From: Phoronis australis
Taxonomy: Eukaryota; Animalia; Phoronida
Reading direction: 5' to 3'
DNA length: 64,000 nucleotides
Assembly: GCA_002633005.1 (NCBI GenBank)
Contig: NMRA01000316.1
Span: 181,581-245,580 of the forward strand
Part shown: piece by piece, positions 23,125 to 34,400 of the stretch
Layout of the letters: each line of letters starts with the position of its first letter
Numbering within the stretch: position 1 is the first letter of the stretch
Notes under the pieces: generated by a model
Seen by the model: only the letters and a program-made list of their open reading frames with translations
What the model was told of the DNA's origin: nothing
Database searches by the model: none
Position numbers and translations under genes: made by a program

Positions 23125-26100
23125 ATGCCTTCACAGGGGTGCTTAAAAGCGAATCGAATACTGCTTATCGTGTTTAACGTTATATTTTGGGTAAGTCAAG
23201 CCACTCTAAATGTAACACAATTTTCATTTGGTTTTAGTTAAAAACGCTGAAGAGAATTTTCACGCTGGGATAATTAGTTGACTGCTTTATATTTTTGAAT
23301 CTTCTAACCAATGAGTGATCGCACAGTTGATGCTCTTTGAACCATACAATCTCTATTCATGGCATATTTCTTGTGCAGTAAAGAATTTTTAAGCAAACTC
23401 ACACTGTCTCTACCGGCATACCATTTACAGTGTACATTGCCTTTAGTGTGAGGTGCTTACTAAGTCAAATGTTGATTACCGTTCTTACCACCCTGATTTG
23501 AAATTCAGTTCGTGGAAATTATTTTCAAACCAGTCCTTGTTTAACAGGGCAATACACATGTTAGCTTTCAGGGGTAGCCGTCTTGACCATTGGCATTTTG
23601 TTGAGGGCGGACAAAAACTTGGTTGAGCTGCAAAACGTTGTCAAAATCGATGGGAGCCACCAAGTATTGGGCGTGGTAGCCTATTTGCTCATCTCGGCCG
23701 GTGTTTTTGTTTTCTTGATTGGATTCTGCGGGTGTTGCGGGGCTGCAACAAGCAACAAGCTCCTAATTGGATTCGTAAGTGATCAAAAATCCAATAATAT
23801 TAAGATGTATATGTGTATCTACAAGCGCAAATTGTACAGTGCGTGGTGCCTATTGTGTTAACATTGGTTTAGCTTAATAAATGAAAAATATGTATCTGTC
23901 CGATTCGAGAATCATCAACGTGGACCAAGCTCTTAAATTTCCAACAGAGCAACCTCAGTCTTGTGGTGTCACATCTGCTTTGGCTAGTTTTAACGAAACG
24001 TTGTGTGAAAAGTACAGCGACCTCGTGTGACAGAATCTAATACTGAACAGTGACTACGTATTTTTCATTCTAATGAATCAATAATTGTGCGAAAGCAGAT
24101 TTCAACCCCGGCTTGGTATAATATCTAAAACTGAGCTCAGTATCTTTTTCAACACGTCTTTTGAGTACGTGAATGAGTGCAGTGCCTCAGGCGTTTTACC
24201 GTGCTTGTACGTAGAATTGTCAATGGTGGGAGGTTATAGAAAGTAGCAGTCTGATTTCGCAAAACTTTCTGGAATAATGAAAAGACTTGTGTATACATGT
24301 ACATGTCTAATTGTTCATTGAAGAGATTCCGGTCGAAATACGGAGTGACAGAATTCCTCAAACCAGCACCCGAATTGTTAGCACACTTACTACATGTATA
24401 TCTTAAGCTGGTGTGAGAGAACTAGAGCGTTTCATAACATTTGACTTAAGCTTGAAGACAGACAGTTGGTTATCATAATTACTAAGTAAAGGCTTTATCG
24501 TGTAATAATTAGCTCATCATTGCCTACAATTCATGTATTTACAAACTTTCTCAGCAACTAGCAGCAATGGGAATATTTTCAGATATTTTGTTCTTTTTGA
24601 AGTGAGTTGTAATTATTTTTCAGCAGAGCATCAGTCTTAAAAACATTTTTCACGAAGTAAGCCCATGTTACCTGAAGTCATTTCTGAGATATCCACCACG
24701 GTTTATGCGCGCACACAGCCTAAAATTTGGGGTCTCGAATTTTTGAGAATGTGTACCTTTTCACTAAGATTTACGGGGAACGTTCAGAGCTATGAATTGT
24801 GCATTCGTAGAGTTTTTGGTAGTTCCTGTCTTTTTAGTTGACTTTTGTCTCGTTTTCTAACTTTGATAGAGCTGTTTACTTCTATGAGGCGGATCTTTTT
24901 GCCCACTTCGCTCGGGGGCTCAAAAGAGCCCACGAGCAACTCCCCCCGCGTGCGCGCATGCAGTTACAGGGCATCTGAAGTTGATGAAAGACGGCCTTTG
25001 CCACTGCGCGCACTAACACTCTTACGTCTTGCTTTATTACAGTACATCTTTTTATTGACTGTGATATTCGCTATTGAAATAGCCGGTGGGGCATTAGCCT
25101 ACAAAAGTAAGGACGAGGTAGGTATGAATTCACCCAACTTAGTACTATGTCAATACAAACTGTCTTACACAGCTGAAAATATTTCGATTGAACAGTGTTT
25201 TTTCTACAATGTACATGTAGGGATGTCAACGTACTGTACCGAGATCGACTGCCACATACATTGTACACGTATAAGGCGCCTTTGTTTTAAAAAAGCTTTG
25301 TTCGAGATTTCATGTCCACACATTTTAGAACACGGGACGATAATTAACCTGGTTGGTGTCCCCATCTGTAATCATAAAACATATTCGGCGCCACCCTACG
25401 ATAGGCCTACTTCTGCTTTTGCACTGTGTTTGTGCGGTTGCTGACAAAGCTTCCTGATTTACTCGTGAATACATATAACTGCTTTTTGAATCCTTAGATC
25501 ATCGACAAATTGACAACGACTTTGACGAAACATATTAAAAAGAATTACAAGGGAAACTCCTCTATCTCTTCTGGCATTGACGTAATCCAACACAAGGTAG
25601 CGCTACTAATAATATGTGGGGTTCTAGTTGATTCGTGGATGTTCGTGCCAGTGACATTATTGGTTGTGCTCCAATGATTTTGTCCTTAGCGTTTGTACAG
25701 ACAGCTTTGCCTTGAACGAACTGGACCGAGATGATGTGCTCTACCTCCAGTTCACTATACCATCAAGATCCGGAACATACAGTTCTTATACATGTATATG
25801 TACCAGAACTTACGGTCTATAGGCTGTCACAGCGTTAGTTAAAATATTTGTAGTTGCAGCGAATGTCCTTTCCCAATATATGAACTCGGCAGGTTAATTT
25901 GAAAGTAAGCCGTGGTAAAAATGGGATTCTATATACCGTAATACTCTACTCTTTCTCATGCAGTTCCAGTGCTGCGGCGTAATTGGTTACGCAGACTACG
26001 TGGATAGTGATTACGTCAAAAGCAGGGATGAGAAAGTTCCGGCTTCCTGCTGCATTCTAAAGGACCCCGACAACATTGATTACAGCAAGCCGATATACAA

Positions 26101-26945
26101 GAACAAAAGTGCTTGCTTTCAGCAGTCCAATAACAGCAACTTAACGGAAAGTGGAAGTCTTAACGTTAAGGTACAGTACATGTACTGACAATTAATGATT
26201 AATAAAATTACATGGGTATGTTTTCCTGTGCGACGAGATGGGGCAGTTTCGAAATGACACTGCTTGAATAGAAACACGTTTTACAACACATGTGCAGATC
26301 CTTGTGAAGGAACGTTTCTACTTATCGTTTGCAGGGATGTTATAGCTCAGCGAAACAATGGATAAATGATAACATGGGAGTCGTTATCGGCGTGGCGTTT
26401 TTCTTCGGAATCTCCGAGGTAAGCACGCGTCAATGGGAGCAAACCCATTCGCACGTGTATAATGACGTGGTATACATTTCGCTTAAGATTAGCTAGCAAA
26501 GGCAATTGCACGTACATATAGGAGGCTGAGGGTTCTAGTAAGGTCCAGGATTTTTTTCTAAACAAAACTGCTTAAAACCTATGTGTACAAACGACATGCT
26601 GACTTCGTGTTTAGGTTCTGAGGGGGTGATGCGCTATCTCCTACATGTAATTCCGGGTACACATTTGTAATCGCTACACGTAATTTAAAATGCCGTTGCC
26701 TAAATTTGAATACCTGACAATGGCACTCGAAACATGCTTAAGATACTGTTCAACTATTTTTTGTCCAGATCATTGGATTTGTCAGCTCAATCATCTTCTG
26801 TGCCAATGCTGGTAAATTGGAAGAGGCGAAAGAACCCACCGACACGATGGAAGACGCGGCAAGGGCTTCCGCTGGTCGGTCGAGCTACGCAGCATCGCAA
26901 CAACCACGGTCAAGCGCAGCTAAACAACAGGCGCAACAGATATAG
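23125..26945 (+). CDS. Tetraspanin family protein, paralog 2 (7 coding exons, 305 aa)
   Basis: join(23125-23190,23565-23774,25043-25117,25498-25596,25964-26170,26335-26418,26769-26945). All introns are GT-AG and phase 0; total 918 nt, open to TAG. Motifs: LLIVFNVIFW, GFCGCCGA, YIFLLTVIFAIEIAGG, FQCCG...VPASCC...AC...GC, TM4. Exon sizes 210/75/207/84 are identical to paralog 1. Confidence 0.95.
24704..24960. mobile_element. MITE, (C)ATGCGCGCAC TIR family, 5-bp TSD with one mismatch
   Basis: CGGTT|TATGCGCGCAC...GTGCGCGCATG|CAGTT. Internal TTTTAGT.GACTTTTGTCTCGTTTTCT and CCCACTTCGC are shared with 18228 and 29053. Confidence 0.8.
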
Positions 26946-26965
26946 ACGGGCGGCGTGTACTAGTC

Positions 26966-27118
26966 CAGTGGCAGATTCAGGATTGCTTAAGGGGGTGGGT
27001 CAGGTCCATGATTTTTTAAACCGGGGTCCATGTCAACAAATTGAGAATTCTAGACTTGATATATCGAAGACCAAGGAAAACATGGGGGTTGGGCCCGGAC
27101 CATGTGAATCCCCCGCCG
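26966..27118. mobile_element. Degenerate CAGTGGC-type MITE immediately after the tetraspanin 2 stop codon
   Basis: Left end CAGTGGCAGATTCAGGATT...GGGGG resembles the 61297 element. The right end TGAATCCCCC is degenerate and no TSD is visible. Confidence 0.5.
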
Positions 27119-27439
27119 AACGCTAGGTCTTTAAAGGGATCATTTTCCACGAGTGTATAACGGATCCTCGATGAGGACACAGTCGCGCCGAAGTCATTCT
27201 CAGGAAGTCAGCCGGAGTCCATATTGAAATGTGGAAGCGGGGTCGAGAACGTGACAATTAACTTCGGCTAAGTGCATTCAAGCTTATTTTATTCCCACTT
27301 TTTGGTAGTCGATATGGTACTGAAATCCCCTAGTTGTAACTAAGCAAAATAGCTGTTGATACTGAGATTTCCGCATTTGCTTTTGCTTACGAGTCAGTCA
27401 ACATGCCACGCTGTTGCTGCGTACTGGGGTGTACTCATT

Positions 27440-28431
27440 ATCGTCTCACATACAGACGAAGAACTGTCCCACTTGCCCGAGTGTCCCGCGACACTCTCCC
27501 ACGGGAGGGTGATCGGAACACCCAAACTGCTTACATCCCACCGTGTGACTCCCTCGCCACACACCTGGCACCTTCTAAATAGCTCCAATACAAGTCCACA
27601 ATAAACTTATCAAACTTAGGCTCCCCGATCTGTTCATTGGATGACGAACATTCCTCCTCACTGGGTGTCGAACTGGGCTTGTATTCAATCGCACTACTCA
27701 ACATCGCTGCATTGCTGCTTACAGGCTCTGGGCTAGAGACAACAGCACAGGGCGAATCACTGCTAGTTCCGGAATTGCACGCAATGGGGTACGTTCGGAG
27801 GCACGGGTGACAGTAGATGAAGTGCCTCCAGTCATTGTATATATAGAGGCCACAGCTGGTGAGGCTTCTCGCTTCAAAAACGCACTTCTCGGGGTTGGTA
27901 CCGGTTTCTTCAAGCGTTGTTTCGCAGGGACCTTCATCAATTCAGCGTACATATTTCTGTCGTAATCTGACGGCAGAAAATGCTTGTCACCCTCGGTAAC
28001 CCTCCACTGCTTTGTACGTTGCGTGGACGGGTAGCGCTGCGTTCTTCACATGAACGAGCTAGCCAAGAACAACGAAGTGTGTCATCCTTCCGAAAGCGAC
28101 TTAAGGTACCCAAAGCGTGTGTGAGACGATAATGAGTACATCCCAGCACGCAGCAACAGCGAGGCATGTTGACTGACTTGTAAACAAAAGCAAACGACGA
28201 CCGAACTTATCATAACCAAGGTTGAACAATGACTGACTCGACTGCTCTCACAGTCAGACTATATGAAAAGAAATTGGCGCGAAATTCTTGCCTCCCAAAA
28301 CGTCACTTCCGGAGTAGACGAGGAGTAATTAATTAAATTACGAAAAGCATTAAATAAGTGAAAAATATGTCTGGGATAATCAACGAACCTTATTTTTGCT
28401 TAAAATGACATGAAAAAGGTTGTCTTCGCCT
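27440..28431 (-). mobile_element. Decayed THAP-encoding DNA transposon fragment with ...CCT|TTAA end (Kolobok-like, inferred)
   Basis: From ATG at 28167: MPRCCCVLGC...RFRKDDTLRCSW; after a frameshift KHFLPSDY...RLKKPVPT (THAP C-terminal motif); further on KFIVDL / LELFRRCQVC...GH...W. The end at 28431 abuts TTAA. Confidence 0.75.
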
Positions 28432-29052
28432 TTAATGCTTGTCATTTTATAGCGACAATTTGTACTTGGACGAAAAGTGATTTTGTAGCCCTACATCACG
28501 GCGTTCTCCCGTTCAGTGATTTTATCAGACGCAGAAGGTTGTAATTCTTTGTTAACTGCTGAGCGCAGTCTTTTGTCTGGTATGACAACAAGCAGGCCAA
28601 TTATGTACAAGGCTTCTTACAGACCACGTGTGAACACAGTCAAACCCAAAGCAAATCGGTACGTTCGGAAAGAATAGATTGCCGCAACTTCGGTTGTAGT
28701 TGAGCGATTTTGGCAATTCAAAATCCAAACATGTTCAGAAATGCAATTGGTTTTTGTTCAAATGTGTTATAGCTTAAATTTGATTTTTAACAGCACAGCC
28801 CAGTCAGGCTAGATATGATCTTATTGAAGATTAGAGCAATTATCGAAGAAAACAGAGCTGGCCCTTCAACCATAACTGCCAGAAAGGAGTTAATCAGTCG
28901 TATAAGATATTGGCTACAGGTGTCATCCTCCCAACTAGTTGTTGGGCTATAGAATCAAACAAGCTGGGAGCAACGAGAAAACACCGTAAGGTAAAAAGTA
29001 ATGACAGTTGTTATCGATTTAGCCTCCTCTCAAAACAGGTTCATTCATTAGG

Positions 29053-29277
29053 CAGGCGCGCACCCAGCCTTTAATATGGGGGGCTCGAAATTCTGGCGAC
29101 GCAATGTGGACCTTTTGCTGACAAAGAAGCCGGAGCACTAAAAAAACGGGGTACCACGTTTACTGTGCGTCTGTGCCTTTTTAGTGGACTTTTGTCTCGT
29201 TTTCTCGGACTTTTTGTTTCTCTGAGGCGGACCTTTCTGCCCACTTCGCCAATTGGGGAGGGGCTCGTTCGAACACC
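29053..29277. mobile_element. Truncated copy of the CAKGCGCGCACCC MITE family
   Basis: CAGGCGCGCACCCAGCCTTTAATATGGGGG and body very similar to 18228-18441; the right TIR is missing. Confidence 0.8.
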
Positions 29278-31444
29278 ATATTGGAAAGTACGTGTTTCTA
29301 GTTATGGGACACGGTTACTCGCCGTGTAAGCAAACAAAGTACATTGCCCTTTTCAAAGTGCGATATCTAGATAAAGACGCGGAAGAGTGTGATTTTTCAG
29401 AAATATAAAAACGTGCTGTAGCACTTACTTGCATTTTTTAAGCATTTTAAATCACTCGATAGGGATCGCAACCAGTGCCAGATGCTCTAGTGGCCTGCGC
29501 GGATGCACGCTTGTCAATCCACAGCGAACAATTTTTAGTTTTTTTTCAAGAGAAACCAGTAAGATTTAAACCAAATACAGTATATCCAGGTGTACATGTA
29601 CATGTATACAAGGCTGTGTCGCTCACCCTGGTGGTACGTACATGTACATGTACTTTCGCCAATGTAGCATTAAATAATGACCCTGTGAAAAATGACCTGT
29701 GGCTATCTTTTTAATATCAAACTATGACCCGGGTCACTTTTTAATGGAATTTAAATTAAATGTGAACTATTGTGAAAAATGACCCTATTGAGGTCCCTGA
29801 TATAAATAAATGACAGTTGTAACAGTTTAGGTTGAAAAGCAAAGAATACAGACTTCCTTTCCTGTGCATTGCCCGGGATTGCCAGCGCACAGACATTCTT
29901 CTCCCACGCAAGCTATGATTCTCCTCTCACGGATCCGAATTTCCAAAGACCAAGCACCAGGCACTTTTCGACGTCTTGTAGTATCCCCACACCGTGTACT
30001 ACATGTATTAGCTCGCAAAGAGATCAGCGCCGCTACCACACATTACATGTACTTTACTCCCCGGCCTTAATCTGATATACATGTACAGTACCTAGTCTAA
30101 ATGTATTGCGAGTCGCCCACGGATTTACATGTAAATTCGACTTTCATAATAAGAGAACATGGCTGCAATCGGAAGGTTATTAACATGTGACCAAGTATTT
30201 TAGGATTAGTCTTCATGCAGTTAGTCAGATATTATATCCTGGCGCGAGCAGGGTAAAATGACCAGTTGCCGTTTTGGGCAACTGAACAAAGGACTATTTG
30301 TTTTCGTTTCTCAGTCACGGACGTGATATTCAGTGCTCGTCGCCCTTCTGCAATTTCGTCAATATCGTCGACTCACTCTCCGCTGTCCGTCAAGATGGCT
30401 TGTGTCAGTGTTGACCTGTGTACAGCTGAATGGATTCGTGGAATTCTACTTCTATACAATGTAGTTGCCATGAACTGTTCGATGAGTATTGAAAGTGTGT
30501 TTGTTTGTTCTTATTTTATCAGCTGGTTAAAGATTTGAGAAATTAAAGATTATCGACAGATACTGCTCTGTTGTTTTCCTTCGAGCTTGATGATTTATGC
30601 CAAAATGTGGTGATCAGGGTGATGTATTTTCACGAGACAGAATATCTACTCATATTTCAACCAATGTCATATAACCTATCTATTTATATAGTCAAGTGCT
30701 TCCTTGCATAAAATAATTTTGAGAAATTTTCTTCTCGGTTATACGCAAGTGGTTCATGGCATGCAGCCCCGCCTATGGGCCACATTCTGAACAGAGGCAC
30801 ATATTTAGATACACCTGTATAGACTACTGGGCCAAAATTTTGACGCGGTAATGCGGTAGACTCACCGCTTGCGAATCAGTAAGCCGGCCGGGCGTGACCA
30901 CAGAACTCGTGATAACACAGCTTGTCAACGGATAGACGTGTCAGCACTGGCCTTTAGAAAGCGGTCTGAAGATTGTAATGTTAGCCTTGTGTTTGATAGA
31001 ACACTTACGAAACACGAACACCAGTTACCCCAACACCTATGATTCCCATTTTCTCCCAGCCTGCAAAAAGCAAATCCAACGCTGGAAAGTTAACGGGCAC
31101 AGAACAGTGAAGAATGGCCACACAATGATTCCATCACCATGTTTTTTTTTAGCGCAATTTCCACCGAAGTATTGTTTCCGTAGTCAAAATTTTCTGCCTT
31201 GGCGTAGACGTGCAAATCACGCGATTTGCGAGGTATCTAGGCGTGAATATTAAACCGTGTCTAATTTGCCTAATGCATTTGTTATACTGTACACCTAGCT
31301 TCCCTTTTTAAGTCTATGTACAGTGCGTGTACGTAGACATGAACTCGAATATCTAATAGTTGTGTTCAAATATCTATTAAACAGTTATTAATTAAAGACA
31401 AGTAATACAGATTGATCAACTGTTCTGTAAGGTATCAGTTCTCT

Positions 31445-34400
31445 TCATAAAGCCGTAACTTGCTTTTCGTTAGATTGTTTCTTTCCGTTGGATCGACTAT
31501 TTTCATTTTTAGTCTTAAGCCGAGGCAATGACAAAGCATCAATACTGAACGTGTCGCTGACAGTCAAACTGTCAAGATCCACATCAAGATCATCAAATGC
31601 GTCAATGTCCATATCTGACACAGGCTCTGGTATGAAAAAGTCTTCGTCAGACATCATTCCAGGCCTATAATTATCATACTCGGATTCATAATCAGTCAAG
31701 TTTAAAGCTGGATCACTTTTCGATATCTCACTACATGAAGTAAAGGAAGATAGACTTATGTTATCTGGGGCGAGCATGCGCTGTATGTATGCTGGCACGT
31801 GTGCAAATAAATCGTCATGATGATTGTTCGTTGCGTGAGACGCGCGTTTGTTTCGTGGGCTGGGCGGCTGGGAATCCTCAAGATCACTTGGAATGTAGTC
31901 CAAACTTCGACAGTGTCTAGGAGGTGGGTTACATGCCTGGCGACGTTTAACCTAAACGCAATACAGAACAGTCAACACAATAAAAATGCTGTGTTTAAGT
32001 CTCGTATACCATAGACACATGTGCATGTAGATAATATACAAAAAAATAAAACAATCTAAAACAGTCCCGTCGACATCAACGTTTTGTCAGTAAATAACAA
32101 TGCTGAATTAAGTAACGAGATGAAGAAATGTTAACCTAATCGAAACTTCAATTCCAACAGAATCCTTTAAACTATGCTTCGACAAACTTGTGGTGTTCGA
32201 TAGCAGTTGACAAACATAAAAGTGCAACATAGACTACATGTACACGTTTTTAACGTTTAGAACTCCTGTCCTGGCAGTCTGCACCATGGTTCTTCGAGAC
32301 GTAAAGATGCCATGCCTCGTGGTGAAACCAAACGACAACAAATGCCAAAATCAAAACTTAATGTTTTCAAAAGATAGTCATACCAGCATAAAAGACGAGC
32401 ACTTAACCTGTGCATAATGTGACCACATGCACGATGCCGCCATACAGATGTGTACTCACCTGATATTGCGGCTGCTTCTGTCTGTCATTATTCGTCACTG
32501 GAAGCGGCGGTCGTGACATTTCTGCAGCGGTCTCCTTCGTCATAGCTTTCGTTTGAGCATTCCTTTGCGACGGGTTTTTATTTGGAGAATACTTAGTGGA
32601 TTTCCGTTCCATTGGTGGAGATTTATTAGCAGTAACTTGAGCGTTCTCTGCACATCTATTTATGAACCCGCATACTTTTTCAACGGGCGTTATTGAGGTA
32701 GATTGTACTTTCAAAGGGTCTGACAGCTGTCTAGACGACTTTGTATGTGGAGGAAACGACGGGTCTGACATTTGTCGCGCCATTTTCGAAAAATCTACTG
32801 ATGAAGCCGGAGAGGACGTGTCGAAACTCACGTTCTGATCCATGGAGGACGTGCGTGATATCCTGTTTAGCTTTGGCGCGCGTTGCAATCCCTGTTGAGG
32901 AAGTTTCGACGTTGGTGTACTAGGGTTCGAGCAATCCGTTACAGTAGAGGCGTTGGAATCGTTACTGGGAGATTGAGGGATGGTAACCGTTTGTGAAGGA
33001 CTCGGCTGATCGGAAATGAAGAACATTCTGGACTCTGGAACCTTTTTCACCTGGTTTCCAGTGCTCCCCTGACTATCAAGAAGATTGAACAACGAGTCAT
33101 CTATATTATCGTATATATTGATGTGCGCTGGACGAGACTTGCCAAAGTTATGCCGCTTGTCACCATTGGGGTATCTGTAATGACCCGAGTTTTCAAAACG
33201 TGATAGTGGATTGGCATCGCTATTGCATTTTCTCAGTTTTTTTGATAAGAACTGTCTTTCGTTTTTTGGCAGTTGAAATTCTGTATTCTGTATGTCCTGA
33301 AAACAGATGTCAGACGACGATGCTGTCTGTGGAGGTTGTTTATTGTTTTTGCTAATCGCGCATGAATCTGGCTTTTTTCCTCGTGGACTACTCAATTTTG
33401 GTCGAGCACCCATCGCAATATATCGATTATCAATTTTTGGAGATTCTCCCGTTGCATTGTTGTCGGAAACTTTGGAAGTAGTCTTAATGTTACTATCTTT
33501 CGCGTCCTTCAGATTGGGATAATTGTTTGGCATATCGACAGACTGAGAATGGGCATCAGCTCGTTCCTTGTTTAGAGATTGCTGAAGTTCGTGTTTATCT
33601 TCCACTGTTTTATGCAACGGTGTTCGTGAGTACTTTGGCATATACATGGCATCAATGTCCAACTCGTAGTAAAATGGGCTGTCAGTGTTAGTGCTCGTCG
33701 AGGTCTCCTTAACAGGAGGACACGTATTGTCGTAACCATTGGCAACCTTTTCCGTTTCCGGAAACGATCTCTGTCTAGACAAATCGCGCTGTGGAGATGG
33801 CCGCATAACTTGCACCGACTGAGAATGCTCTAGTTTCGGTTTTCGATTGCACGCTGCAAATGGTTTTACTGGCGCTTGTCTAGATGGCACTACGGGCGGT
33901 AAGGTAATCAAATGTGGAGACACAGACTTCTTAAACATTTTATCCAGTAATGAAACTTCACCGTTCTTCTTTTGTTGACTGTTCTGCTCGGCAGACTGCT
34001 GAACGTTATCTGGATACTCCCATGCCGTTTCATCGATACTTCCCAAGGTACCGAAATCGTCACTGGACACAGATGCAGCCTCGGCACGAGTACGCAACTG
34101 AGTTGGTAACGGCGGCCGTGGAGGGGGCTTCGGTTGAGCTGCATCTGAGGTTGATTGTAAGGAAAATGTATTTCCGTTGACCAGAGAGAGGATTGGACGG
34201 TTTGACTTTTGCAGTTGTTGTTGTTGTGGTGGTGGTGGTGATGGTAGGTTTTTGTTTCCTTCAAGCTTAAGTTGCTTGACCCGAGGAGGGCTTCCCTTAA
34301 GTTCATTAGCAATATCTGCTTCCGAACTTGTGGACCCGCCTGCTGGAAGTCTAGACACGGTATCACTCACAGTACTGCGTAAAGTGTCGCTGCTATCTGG

